Shown here: one piece after another, positions 1 to 8,737 of the stretch
Position numbering within the stretch: position 1 is the first letter of the stretch
Layout of the letters: each line of letters begins with the position of its first letter
Notes under the pieces: generated by a model
Databases searched by the model: none
What the model was told of the DNA's origin: nothing
What the model saw: only the letters and a program-made list of their open reading frames with translations
From: Candidatus Thorarchaeota archaeon
Lineage (GTDB): Archaea > Asgardarchaeota > Thorarchaeia > Thorarchaeales > Thorarchaeaceae
Length of the DNA: 32,000 nt
NCBI GenBank assembly: GCA_003345555.1
Contig: PRDJ01000037.1
Coordinates: 26,314-58,313, forward strand
Reading direction: 5' to 3'
Made by a program: the position numbers and the translations under genes

Positions 1-2
1 CT

Positions 3-893
3 GGATTCGGTTCAGGGTGGTGGGGACCGCCTTCTTTCACCTTCGGTTCATGGTGGGCCTTCATGACTGGTCTGCAAGGCCTCACCGATCTGGTATTCGG
101 CTCAGTTGCCTTAGGTGTCCTATACGTCGCAATTGTGTGTGTACTATTCGGCGTCTTTGCCTACAAGATTATCGCGCCTCCGAACCCCGATTTCGTGAAG
201 ATGACTGAGGCGCTGAGGACTGCCAATGATGGGCTCAAGAGTGCGAAATCACAAGTCCAGAATCTTGAGAGTGAGAACAAGAGGATGAAAGAGTTCGTTT
301 CTGAGAAAGAGGATACGCTTTCTTCTCTCCAGAGCCAGCTGGATGCACTCAAGTCGCAGGTCGGCGAGGGGAGCAAGTCTTTCACAGAGATGGAGGCCAA
401 GCTCAAAGCGGCCACAACTCAGGCTGAGTCAGTTGCTAGCAAGGAAGAGGAACTGCTAGCTACCATGGCCCAGAAGGACCAAAGGATAAGTTCATTGCAG
501 GGAGAGCTGACCATTGCAAAATCAAAGCTCGAGCTTCCAAGGGCGATGCCCACAGGCGACTTGGCAACATTGAAGGCGGTTGAAACCAAGCTCAAAGCGG
601 CAGAAGCCAAGCTCGAGAGCATGAATCGGAGAGCAGAGACTGCAACTGAAGTGGCGGACAGTGTAATCTCCGACCTCGCTCACCTGATATCACAGGTCGA
701 GTCGAGCAGATTAGATGCACAAGGCAAGAAGGCCATTACGACTCTCATAGAGAGCCTAGGCAAGGCTGTGAACCGAGTTTCTCGGCCGCCTGGCGAGAGG
801 ACCCCTGAAGAACCAAGAGTGGAAATGATAGGGGCTGTCATGATGATTCACGAAATCGTCGATACTATCAAGAAGATGACGAGGGGCACTTGA
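3..893 (+). CDS. Membrane-anchored coiled-coil protein, probably 5'-truncated by the window edge
   Basis: The frame is open from position 3 (GFGSGWWGPPSFTFGSWWAF) into the ATG at 63, so the true start may lie upstream. It has a hydrophobic segment (VALGVLYVAIVCVLFGVFAY), ~170 aa of heptad-like E/K/L/A/Q-rich sequence and a helical C-terminus. Confidence 0.8.
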   Translation, partial: GFGSGWWGPPSFTFGSWWAFMTGLQGLTDLVFGSVALGVLYVAIVCVLFGVFAYKIIAPPNPDFVKMTEALRTANDGLKSAKSQVQNLESENKRMKEFVSEKEDTLSSLQSQLDALKSQVGEGSKSFTEMEAKLKAATTQAESVASKEEELLATMAQKDQRISSLQGELTIAKSKLELPRAMPTGDLATLKAVETKLKAAEAKLESMNRRAETATEVADSVISDLAHLISQVESSRLDAQGKKAITTLIESLGKAVNRVSRPPGERTPEEPRVEMIGAVMMIHEIVDTIKKMTRGT

Positions 894-902
894 GCCCCCG
901 AT

Positions 903-956
903 AATCCTCTGCTTGCTGCCTCTCGCCTTCGTCTTTTCAGCGAGAGCAGAGAGATT
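903..956 (+). other. Imperfect inverted repeat / stem-loop just downstream of the first CDS
   Basis: AATC-CTCTGC (903-912) and TCTCGC (921-926) pair with GCGAGA-GCAGAG-(A)GATT (940-956). The loop is pyrimidine-rich. Confidence 0.45.
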
Positions 957-973
957 GTATGATTAAGGATGTA

Positions 974-999
974 GGGTCTATGGGTCTAATTGGGGTCTA
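974..999 (+). repeat. Three direct copies of GGGTCTA
   Basis: GGGTCTA at 974-980, 982-988 and 993-999, about 25 nt upstream of a TATA-like box. Confidence 0.7.
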
Positions 1000-1015
1000 T
1001 AACAGCCAGCCTTGA

Positions 1016-1030
1016 CAGAAGGCTTATTAA
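1016..1030 (+). promoter_or_regulatory. Putative archaeal BRE/TATA promoter for the S8 protease gene
   Basis: Purine-rich CAGAAGG followed by TTATTAA (1024-1030), which matches the archaeal BRE+TATA layout. Confidence 0.45.
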
Positions 1031-1091
1031 GAGCCTCTAGCCGGAGTGATATTCAATCACACGAGCTACAGAGAACGCGTTAGAGGAGAGA

Positions 1092-1178
1092 CGTCTGTTA
1101 GCCCGTTGGGCCGTGTGTTTCAGACGGTAGAGGTATGCGGCAGAGAGATGGTCATCGATGACGATTTCATTCTCTGCC
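1092..1178 (+). other. Two predicted hairpins in the putative 5' leader of the S8 protease gene
   Basis: CGTCTG (1092-1097)/CAGACG (1121-1126) enclose GCCC/GGGC. GGCAGAGA (1139-1146)/TCTCTGCC (1171-1178) enclose the perfect palindrome GTCATCGATGAC (1151-1162). Confidence 0.45.
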
Positions 1179-1203
1179 ATGGGTTCTCTGCTCAGCGTGA
1201 GGG

Positions 1204-4200
1204 ATGAGAAAAAAGATGAATAACTTACGAAGTCTCGCGGCTATGATGCTGCTGGCCGCAATGCTTGTCGGCATGACCGGCATTGCTCCGGCTGCTCCCA
1301 TGGCCAGAACGAATTCGCAGGTTGTCTCAACATCATCCTTGCTAACCGAGTCAGTCCTAAACGACTGGGTAACATACTTGGACGAGGTCCGTCCCGAAAC
1401 CAAGCTAGACTCCAAGCTCATGTCCTACAGGGAGACTGGAGCTGTACCCTTGGACGTTGCTGTCAGTGCGGATGGCAGACCATCAGTCTTGATAGCTGTC
1501 GCCAAGGGTGCAGACATGGAAGGCCTGAAGTCGATTGTCGATGTGCAATGGATGCTCGACTTCAAGGTCGCAGTCGTTGTCAGTGCCTATGTAGGCAGAG
1601 CGAATCTCGAGAAGCTCGAGAGCTTCAAGGGTGTAGCAGGCATTCTGTCGGACCAATTATACAAGGCGAGAGTGAATGGCATTGAGCCTCGACCTACACT
1701 GGACTATCAGGTGGTCGACGAACCCGCCATGTACAAGACCAAGGAGATAATCGGTGCAAATGATGTGGTCACAACCTACGGCTATATTGGAACCGATGCC
1801 GTTGTTGGTGTCTGTGACACCGGTGTTGACTTCAGCCATCCTGACTTGCAGGGCGCGATCTACTTTGATCCAGTGACCGGCATGCCGGCCAGCTTCGATC
1901 CGAGCGGATTTGGCGTTGGTCTCACGATGTACCGCTTCAACCTGACCGCCGTCAATGCAACTTGGTGGACTAGTCTGTCATCGTGGAACAAACTCACCAG
2001 TGTGGACCCAGTAACCCACAAGATCTACATACCGGGGACATGGAACCCGAACACCAACAACTTGAACAGTCTGAGGCCCCTGAACGACTGGATAAGCGTG
2101 TACCTGACTGGATGGTGGGGTGATGCATATCCTAATCAGGCCAACCTGACAGAGTTCTACACCAATGTGATGCGGCAACGGCACGAAGTACCGAACGCAA
2201 GCACGTACATGTACAACGGCGTTCCCACTTTCTTTGCAGGCTGGATCTTCCAGCAGAGGGACGAACCATACCTGAAGGCCTTCGCACCTGCTGTCGTGAT
2301 GAACGGCAGCTCATCGTCGAACGCTAGGCTGATAATCGACTGGGAGACAGCTAACGCTTACACCCAGTTCTGGAACTTGGCCATCAACTACGGTGCGCTA
2401 GACTTCAATGTCACAGCCGACCGTGACTACATCGAGGGTCTGGGTGACTGGAACTTCACTGACAACTTGGAGGCCGGTGAATGGTATTGTAACAACGGCA
2501 ACCTCGGAGTCAACCACATTGTGCTTGCTCACGACTACACCGGCGACGGTATCGCTGACTTCGGTCTCGGTGCGATTTGTACTTCCCAGGAACGCATTGG
2601 CTATGGTGTTGGCCTAGTCGAGGGCTTCACTCTGGGCGGACGCATGGTGGCCATTCTGTATGACACTGGTGCTCACGGCACTTTCGTTTCAGGCCAGATT
2701 GCTGGCCGTGGTGTGCTTGAGTACCCAGTCGGTCTGAACGGCGCAACGCATAAGCTGTACGGAGTAGCTAACGGTAGCAAGCTCATCGGTGAGATGGTGA
2801 TTGGTACCGGATCGCACTTGGCTGCAAACGTGTGGGAGGCAGGGTTTGTCTACAACTCGACCTCAGGATACTTCGAGTGGAGTGCGACGAGCGGTCACCA
2901 AGCTATTGTGTCAAGCAACTCTTGGGGCTGGGTCGCTCCTGAGTACCTTGAGCTGCAGCCTCTGTACTCTCTGATGTACGCAGCATTGTCGACGCCGGGA
3001 TTCTTCGATGTCAGCTATCCTGGAATTCTGTACTGCTTCTCAGCAGGCAACTCAGGTCCGGGCTATGCAACAATCGGCGCGCCGTGTGCTGCACAAATCC
3101 TCTCGGTAGGTGCTTCTACAAGCTACCACACATTCGACAACTCCTACGGTCCGAACCAAGGCTACGATCAGATTGCTGACTTCTCATCAAGAGGTCCGCT
3201 GTCGACCGGATATCCTAAGCCTGATGTACTCGCACCAGGAAGGAACACCTTTGGTATCGTGCCAGGACAGGGTGACTACCTGCTGTCGTTTGTGGTGGAT
3301 CTCGGATGGGATGGACCATTCCCGCTCTATGCAACATACGCCGGTACGAGCATGGCATGCCCGATGGTGGCTGGAGTCGTTGCTCTGCTGGCCGAGGCGA
3401 CTGCAGGAACAGCTCTGCCTGATGAATACAAGACAATCATACAGAGCACAGCCAAGGACCTCGGTCTCGACGGAATGAGCCAAGGCTTCGGTCGTGTCGA
3501 TGCAAAGGCAGCCGTTGACTATGTGGAGGAAGTGGGCTCAGGTGTCGTTTGGGGAACCTACGACTCCACAATCAACTACGGATCTGTCGTAGCTGAGGCT
3601 TGGGCCTACTACATGGACGGCTCGACCGGATGGACTGGTGGTGGATCTGGTATCTTCATCAACAGCACTATAATGCCTACCACATTCTTGGATTCCAGTC
3701 TGTACTACGGTGTTGTATTACCGGGTGAGACCCGGAACACCACGATGTTCGGTGAGTACGCAAACGGTACCTATGTTGGCGATGCTGACTTCTCTTGGGC
3801 CAGTTACGGCTATGAGGTCGATCAAGTCACGAGACTGGTCTGGGAAACGTTCATTTACAACGAGACCACTTCAACGGGTGCAGACAGCATCAAAGCTGGA
3901 TGGTTCGATCTGCAGACCGAGCTGGGCTCCAACTGGGCTAACTTCGCTGCTGCTCAGTATGCAACAATCTTGCTCGGAGGTCCGACGAGTTTGGATAACC
4001 TGCTGTGGGCTTTCGTCTTTGATTGGACTGACACGAGCCCTGTCAACGGAATCCCTGACTACTACGACCCGATCAGCGGATTGGGTGATGAGCTGACAAG
4101 GATTCAGTACGGTGGGGACATGCACACCATCAAGATGGACCTCAGCAGCATGAACGGAGTCGGCTCAGTCTTCTCGTACACCCCGATTGTTGCCATTCAT

Positions 4201-6024
4201 GACGACACCATCTGGGGCTGGCCGTACACAGGCGGTACCGAGCTGAACGTGACCATAATCACTTGGAAGCATGTTGCCAACTCAGAGCTTAGAGTGAGCG
4301 ACAAAGATGTCTCACATCTGTGGGTCAACCTCACAGTTCCCAACGATGCAGAGCCGGGTGTCCATGAGGGCTACCTAGATGTCGGTGGACTTTACAGGAT
4401 CCCATACTCGTACTTCGTAGGGACCGAAATCACCACAGCTAAGGGCGAAGAGACAGCCGTTGCCAGCGGGTACGGCAAAGTGCTGAACCCAATGGAACTG
4501 GGTGCGAGCTTCCTGAGCCAGGATTCCTACTACACATCCCAGTCGGCTGATCACCACTCGTTCATCGTGCTTGTCAGCAACACCTCGGCCAACTACATTG
4601 GTGCCAAGGTCGAGTGGGCTGATGCAGAGAGCAGTTTCGATGTGGCGATAGTTGACATGACTGGTGCGGAGCTAGGAACCTCACTGGATGCGAACAGGAC
4701 ATGGAGTGGTAGTGCTTCTGCCATAGGAGAGCTGTCAGCGGTTCCAGGAGACTACATAGTCTATGTAACAACCAATGACCTCAAGTATGACGCTCTACCC
4801 TACAACTTCACCCTGAGTGTGATGTGTTGGACAGAGATTCCTGCACCAACGCTCACGCTGTCCTATCGCTCCAACAACAACCCCGCATACACAGCCATCA
4901 CTGCTGGCGGAACAGCATCGGGTGACCATGTCCGGATCAACGCAACTTGGACCGACGCCGTGCTGCAAGGAATGCCAGACTACAAGGTGACTTCGATTGA
5001 GATGAGACTCCTGAAGGGTGTTCTATTCACTAGGACTGTTGACTTAGTGATTCCAGAGAGTGGATACGACCCGACCACAGGGTATCCAAGCTCTGCGACT
5101 CCCCTCGAGCTAGATCAGTTTGTTTGGGTTCTTGTGCCTGGCATTACCGTAGGAGCCAACGTCAGAATATCTATTGATTTCACAGTCGCCGATTGTGATA
5201 TCTATGGATACTGGGCTGACACGGATAATAGCACTTGGACCTGGCAGACCGACATCCTCGAACTCGAGATGGTGAGTGGTGCCGTACCTGAGCATACCTC
5301 GTTCGTCTCCGAACGAGATGGCACATTGGCGTTGGGCTTATTCGACTACTCTGGCGAAGCTGGTGAAGCGTACGTTACCGTCGATACGAGGGCGGGCATT
5401 GAGCCTTCTTCAGTCTATGGCAACACCTTCGAAATCGACACCTACCTACTAGGCAACATTGGCGGGTTCTCTGTGCTGGTCTCTAGCGATTCAGGAACGA
5501 ATCTCGTGTTCTCACGGGAGATTGCAGGACTTACATTCGAGAACTTCTTCTCGCCGCAAATCGCTTCTGTGACAGTCACTGGGACTGGAGCGGTCAAGAC
5601 AATCACTTGGACCGCCGCTTCCGACCTGAACGTTGGTGACGAACACTTCTACGAGATTTACCTCTCGTCTGACAATGGAGTGACTTACCAGCTGATGGCA
5701 GTTCACCAGTCCGCGACGAGCTACGCCTGGGACTCAACCGGATTCCTCCAAACCAACTACACCGTCAAGATCCTTGCGTTCGACAATGATCCGGCCTACA
5801 ACAACGCAAGCTATGGCCACTACTGGCCTGGTCTGACTGGTTCGAGGGTATCTGCTCCGTTCGTAGCAGGCACAGTGACAACACCGACAACCTCTATCAC
5901 AACGACCACGACCACAACTATACCAGTTGGACCAGGAATTGATCCGCTCTGGATTGGTCTGTTTGGTGGCATCGGTGTCGGCATCTTGGTCATACTGATC
6001 CTGTTCCTAGTCAGGAAGAAGTAA
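1204..6024 (+). CDS. Membrane-anchored S8 (subtilisin/pyrolysin-like) serine peptidase, 1606 aa
   Basis: N-terminal signal peptide and prodomain. Catalytic motifs: VCDTGVD (D205), GAHGTFVSG (H491), FSAGNSGP (oxyanion N616) and AGTSMACP (S716). Beta-rich C-terminal domains, a Thr-rich linker, a C-terminal TM and an RKK tail follow. RBS-like GTGAGGG lies before the ATG. Confidence 0.95.
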   Translation: MRKKMNNLRSLAAMMLLAAMLVGMTGIAPAAPMARTNSQVVSTSSLLTESVLNDWVTYLDEVRPETKLDSKLMSYRETGAVPLDVAVSADGRPSVLIAVAKGADMEGLKSIVDVQWMLDFKVAVVVSAYVGRANLEKLESFKGVAGILSDQLYKARVNGIEPRPTLDYQVVDEPAMYKTKEIIGANDVVTTYGYIGTDAVVGVCDTGVDFSHPDLQGAIYFDPVTGMPASFDPSGFGVGLTMYRFNLTAVNATWWTSLSSWNKLTSVDPVTHKIYIPGTWNPNTNNLNSLRPLNDWISVYLTGWWGDAYPNQANLTEFYTNVMRQRHEVPNASTYMYNGVPTFFAGWIFQQRDEPYLKAFAPAVVMNGSSSSNARLIIDWETANAYTQFWNLAINYGALDFNVTADRDYIEGLGDWNFTDNLEAGEWYCNNGNLGVNHIVLAHDYTGDGIADFGLGAICTSQERIGYGVGLVEGFTLGGRMVAILYDTGAHGTFVSGQIAGRGVLEYPVGLNGATHKLYGVANGSKLIGEMVIGTGSHLAANVWEAGFVYNSTSGYFEWSATSGHQAIVSSNSWGWVAPEYLELQPLYSLMYAALSTPGFFDVSYPGILYCFSAGNSGPGYATIGAPCAAQILSVGASTSYHTFDNSYGPNQGYDQIADFSSRGPLSTGYPKPDVLAPGRNTFGIVPGQGDYLLSFVVDLGWDGPFPLYATYAGTSMACPMVAGVVALLAEATAGTALPDEYKTIIQSTAKDLGLDGMSQGFGRVDAKAAVDYVEEVGSGVVWGTYDSTINYGSVVAEAWAYYMDGSTGWTGGGSGIFINSTIMPTTFLDSSLYYGVVLPGETRNTTMFGEYANGTYVGDADFSWASYGYEVDQVTRLVWETFIYNETTSTGADSIKAGWFDLQTELGSNWANFAAAQYATILLGGPTSLDNLLWAFVFDWTDTSPVNGIPDYYDPISGLGDELTRIQYGGDMHTIKMDLSSMNGVGSVFSYTPIVAIHDDTIWGWPYTGGTELNVTIITWKHVANSELRVSDKDVSHLWVNLTVPNDAEPGVHEGYLDVGGLYRIPYSYFVGTEITTAKGEETAVASGYGKVLNPMELGASFLSQDSYYTSQSADHHSFIVLVSNTSANYIGAKVEWADAESSFDVAIVDMTGAELGTSLDANRTWSGSASAIGELSAVPGDYIVYVTTNDLKYDALPYNFTLSVMCWTEIPAPTLTLSYRSNNNPAYTAITAGGTASGDHVRINATWTDAVLQGMPDYKVTSIEMRLLKGVLFTRTVDLVIPESGYDPTTGYPSSATPLELDQFVWVLVPGITVGANVRISIDFTVADCDIYGYWADTDNSTWTWQTDILELEMVSGAVPEHTSFVSERDGTLALGLFDYSGEAGEAYVTVDTRAGIEPSSVYGNTFEIDTYLLGNIGGFSVLVSSDSGTNLVFSREIAGLTFENFFSPQIASVTVTGTGAVKTITWTAASDLNVGDEHFYEIYLSSDNGVTYQLMAVHQSATSYAWDSTGFLQTNYTVKILAFDNDPAYNNASYGHYWPGLTGSRVSAPFVAGTVTTPTTSITTTTTTTIPVGPGIDPLWIGLFGGIGVGILVILILFLVRKK

Positions 6025-6062
6025 GCTAGAACAACAATATGGGGACTATCTGTCCCCATACC

Positions 6063-6072
6063 TTTCTTTTTT
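6063..6072 (+). terminator. Oligo-T archaeal-type terminator candidate after the S8 gene
   Basis: TTTCTTTTTT about 40 nt after the stop, in a convergent intergenic gap. Confidence 0.5.
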
Positions 6073-6132
6073 CGCTTCTTGTTAGCGGGCAATTACGAGC
6101 ACGGTTCAAGCGCTGTCAGGATTCGGCTCATC

Positions 6133-7146
6133 TCACTTCTGGGGCGTTTCAAGTCGGAGCCGCGACATCACCTCAGGGTTTACGATGTTAGGCGGTCGCG
6201 CTCCCCTCAGTGCCGCAATAAGATTGTCTGCACACATCACAGCCATCTTTGATCTCGTGGCGAAGCTAGCGCTACCTATATGTGGCGCCAGTACAACGTT
6301 GGGAAGTCTCATTAGCATACTGCTCATGGGCAGCGGCTCATCCGTGAAAACGTCGAGTCCGGCTGCATGCAAACGCTTGGAGGACAATGCTTCTGCCAAA
6401 GCTGCTTCGTCGATAATGGGTCCTCTGGAGGTATTCACTAGGACTGCGTTCTCTTTCATCATAGCTAGCTCGTTTCTCCCAATCATTTTCCTCGTTTGGT
6501 CCGTCAGAGGAACGTGGATTGTCACAATGTCCGACCGATTAAGGAGACTTGGAAGATCGGTTCTTGTGGCCCCCGTCTCCTTCTCAATTCCCTTCGCCGC
6601 GTCAGTCTCCGAGACATCAGCATACAGAATCTTCATGGAGAACCCCTTTGCCCTGCGGGCCACAGCTGCCCCGATTCTTCCCATTCCTACGATACCAAGT
6701 GTTGCACCGTAAATATCGATGCCGAGCAACAGTTGAGGTATCCAAGCTACCCGCCATTGACCTGAACGAACGTATCGGTCTGCTTCAGCTACTCTGCGGG
6801 ACGCAGCCATTATCAGTGCCCATGCAAGATCAGCGGTGGTTTCAGTGAGCACGCCCGGCGTGTTCGTAACGATAATACCCCGTTTGGTTGCTGCCCTGAC
6901 GTCGATGTTGTCATAACCGACTGCATATTGAGCAATCACTCTCAGCTCGGGCAATGCCTTGATTACGTCGCCATTGATAGGATCCGACAAGAGCGATACT
7001 AGCCCTACACAGTCTCTCGCGTTCTCCGCGATTTCTTTTGCCGACGGAGGTGTCTCGGGCTCCCAGACAGAAGTTTCGAATTCACTCCTAATGATTTCAA
7101 GGCCTTTGTCCGGGATTCTTCTCGTTACAAAGACGCGCATGGCCAT
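6133..7146 (-). CDS. gyaR: Glyoxylate reductase / D-isomer-specific 2-hydroxyacid dehydrogenase
   Basis: Motifs: VFVTRRIP, AVGYDNID, TNTPGVLTETTAD, Rossmann GIVGMGRIG, NTSRGPIIDE, AGLDVFTDEP and catalytic PHIGSA. The start could be the ATG at 7140. Confidence 0.9.
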   Translation of the reverse strand: MAMRVFVTRRIPDKGLEIIRSEFETSVWEPETPPSAKEIAENARDCVGLVSLLSDPINGDVIKALPELRVIAQYAVGYDNIDVRAATKRGIIVTNTPGVLTETTADLAWALIMAASRRVAEADRYVRSGQWRVAWIPQLLLGIDIYGATLGIVGMGRIGAAVARRAKGFSMKILYADVSETDAAKGIEKETGATRTDLPSLLNRSDIVTIHVPLTDQTRKMIGRNELAMMKENAVLVNTSRGPIIDEAALAEALSSKRLHAAGLDVFTDEPLPMSSMLMRLPNVVLAPHIGSASFATRSKMAVMCADNLIAALRGARPPNIVNPEVMSRLRLETPQK

Positions 7147-7276
7147 TTCCGATTCGCCTTCAGAGGTGTGATTGGCACTAGTCTAAGGAAAAGCTTGCTC
7201 TTCAATGATACTGCTTGAGGGACAGTACTCATGACTCAGATTCGGGTAGCTACTCAATTTCGATACGGACTGCGTA

Positions 7277-7293
7277 CAAACGTTTGCTTATAT
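7277..7293 (+). promoter_or_regulatory. 10-bp palindrome abutting a TATA-like box in the gyaR/wHTH divergent region
   Basis: CAAACGTTTG (7277-7286) is a perfect palindrome and is followed by TTATAT (7288-7293). Confidence 0.35.
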
Positions 7294-7356
7294 CCGGCAA
7301 GAGGAAGGCATGCCTAGAGCATTCGACCCAGCTCACAAACGAAAGACGTGATTGGG

Positions 7357-7629
7357 ATGAGCATATCTTTTGATTTGCCTCGGAGCGCCATAATTGTCTT
7401 GGACCGCCTGACACACGAGGGGCCGATGACACCGAAGGACATAAGCAACAAGGTGAATCTTGCACCCCGGACGGTTTCTTTCGCACTCAGGAAATTGATG
7501 GGTCACGAGCTCTGCAGGAAGATACCGAACCTTCTCGACATGCGACAGCCTCTGTATCTGGCAAATCTGGAGAGAGCTAGGGATCTTCAAGTACAGTTCC
7601 AGCATGTCTTCAAGCAGTTCATGATTTAG
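7357..7629 (+). CDS. Small winged-helix-turn-helix (MarR/ArsR-like) transcription regulator
   Basis: HTH pattern GPMTPKDISNKVNLAPRTVSFALRKL followed by the wing RKIPNLLDMRQPLY. The ATG at 7357 is preferred over the GTG at 7348. Confidence 0.8.
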   Translation: MSISFDLPRSAIIVLDRLTHEGPMTPKDISNKVNLAPRTVSFALRKLMGHELCRKIPNLLDMRQPLYLANLERARDLQVQFQHVFKQFMI

Positions 7630-7689
7630 TGACTGTGGTTCTAGCTGTCATCACGACTCTCACGGATTCACCTGCGCCCAACGTTCCAT

Positions 7690-8655
7690 TTACGGAAACA
7701 TGAGTGCCGTAAGCTTGCATACAAGCGCCGCAGAGACGAAGTCTGCGGTCGTTCCTGGGTTCAATAGGTTCCCATCTCTCCTCAGCAATTCATCAAGGTT
7801 AATGACGAGTGGATCCGAAGTCCCGCTTTTCGTAGCCTTGTGATAGGCTTGCTCAGCGATTCTTCTCACCTCTTCTGCCTTCTCACGCCCGACCTTCTTG
7901 ATAATTAGACCGTCTGGATGTCTCGAAAGCAGATAGAGGAATGTCATTACGACTGCTTCCTCTAGGTCCTCCAATCCATGGGCAAGATTGTCTAGGAACG
8001 GAAAAGCTTCGTGAAGAGTTATCTCAAAGAACCGTGACCATTCCTCGCATATCACGTCCACATCCCTAGCCGCGAGGAAGAGCTCGTAGAGGGTGACTTG
8101 GTCCTCCCTGATATTGTCGTACACGTTGGGATTGGTAATATCGAATCGGTCGTGTATCTCTGTCCATCCTAGCGTATCCTTATCGAGACTGCCTCTGGGG
8201 CGTGCGAGGTGAAAGGCCCTGTAGACGTCGACTGCATCATCGACCGAAGTGCCTAGCAGGACTGACTTCGCCCATTCTCCAACTCTTTCTACGGAGAATC
8301 GACCATCGGACCTCACAGCAGCGGCACAGCTTACAATCATGGGAACATCAAGGAGTATTGTACCGAGTATGGTGTTGCTTCTGTTGAGACCAGTGAAGAC
8401 ATCCAGCGTGCATTCATGGATTATCTCGCCCACCCTTACGTTATGAGGCTGTATCCTACCGTCTGCGAGTTCAACGCCTCTGGACGCCGCCAAGTGCAGG
8501 CCTCTTCCTGCCAAGCAAGCGCTGGCCACAAAATGGCGGTACCCAGCGTCAGAGAAGCGTCTGAGTCGGTTCACGTTTCCGGGCTTGGGTGAGCTGGCCT
8601 CAAGCAGGATCGCCAGCTGACCAATGCTGGACAATGCCCATTCAAGTTCGCTCAT
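7690..8655 (-). CDS. citG: CitG/MdcB-family protein (triphosphoribosyl-dephospho-CoA synthase-like), archaeal type
   Basis: LLEASSPKPGNV, NTILGTILL, PDGLIIKKVG and C-terminal LNPGTTADFV motifs. RBS GAGGA. Confidence 0.85.
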   Translation of the reverse strand: MSELEWALSSIGQLAILLEASSPKPGNVNRLRRFSDAGYRHFVASACLAGRGLHLAASRGVELADGRIQPHNVRVGEIIHECTLDVFTGLNRSNTILGTILLDVPMIVSCAAAVRSDGRFSVERVGEWAKSVLLGTSVDDAVDVYRAFHLARPRGSLDKDTLGWTEIHDRFDITNPNVYDNIREDQVTLYELFLAARDVDVICEEWSRFFEITLHEAFPFLDNLAHGLEDLEEAVVMTFLYLLSRHPDGLIIKKVGREKAEEVRRIAEQAYHKATKSGTSDPLVINLDELLRRDGNLLNPGTTADFVSAALVCKLTALMFP

Positions 8656-8737
8656 TCTGTCCTCTAAGGAACGATTCTTACGGCTTAAGACTTCTCATGG
8701 CGCAGGGAGAGTCATTTGGTTCGGATTGCCGCCTCTT

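Noticed and set aside
891-962. Selenocysteine readthrough of the TGA at 891-893, with the 903-956 hairpin as a SECIS
   Set aside because: The extension is only ~22 codons with no redox motif, and the hairpin lacks recognisable archaeal GAA/A or eukaryote-like AUGA/GA SECIS cores.
5872-5930. ACA/ACC/ACG-rich low-complexity repeat
   Set aside because: It is fully explained by the Thr-rich linker before the TM anchor of the S8 protease.
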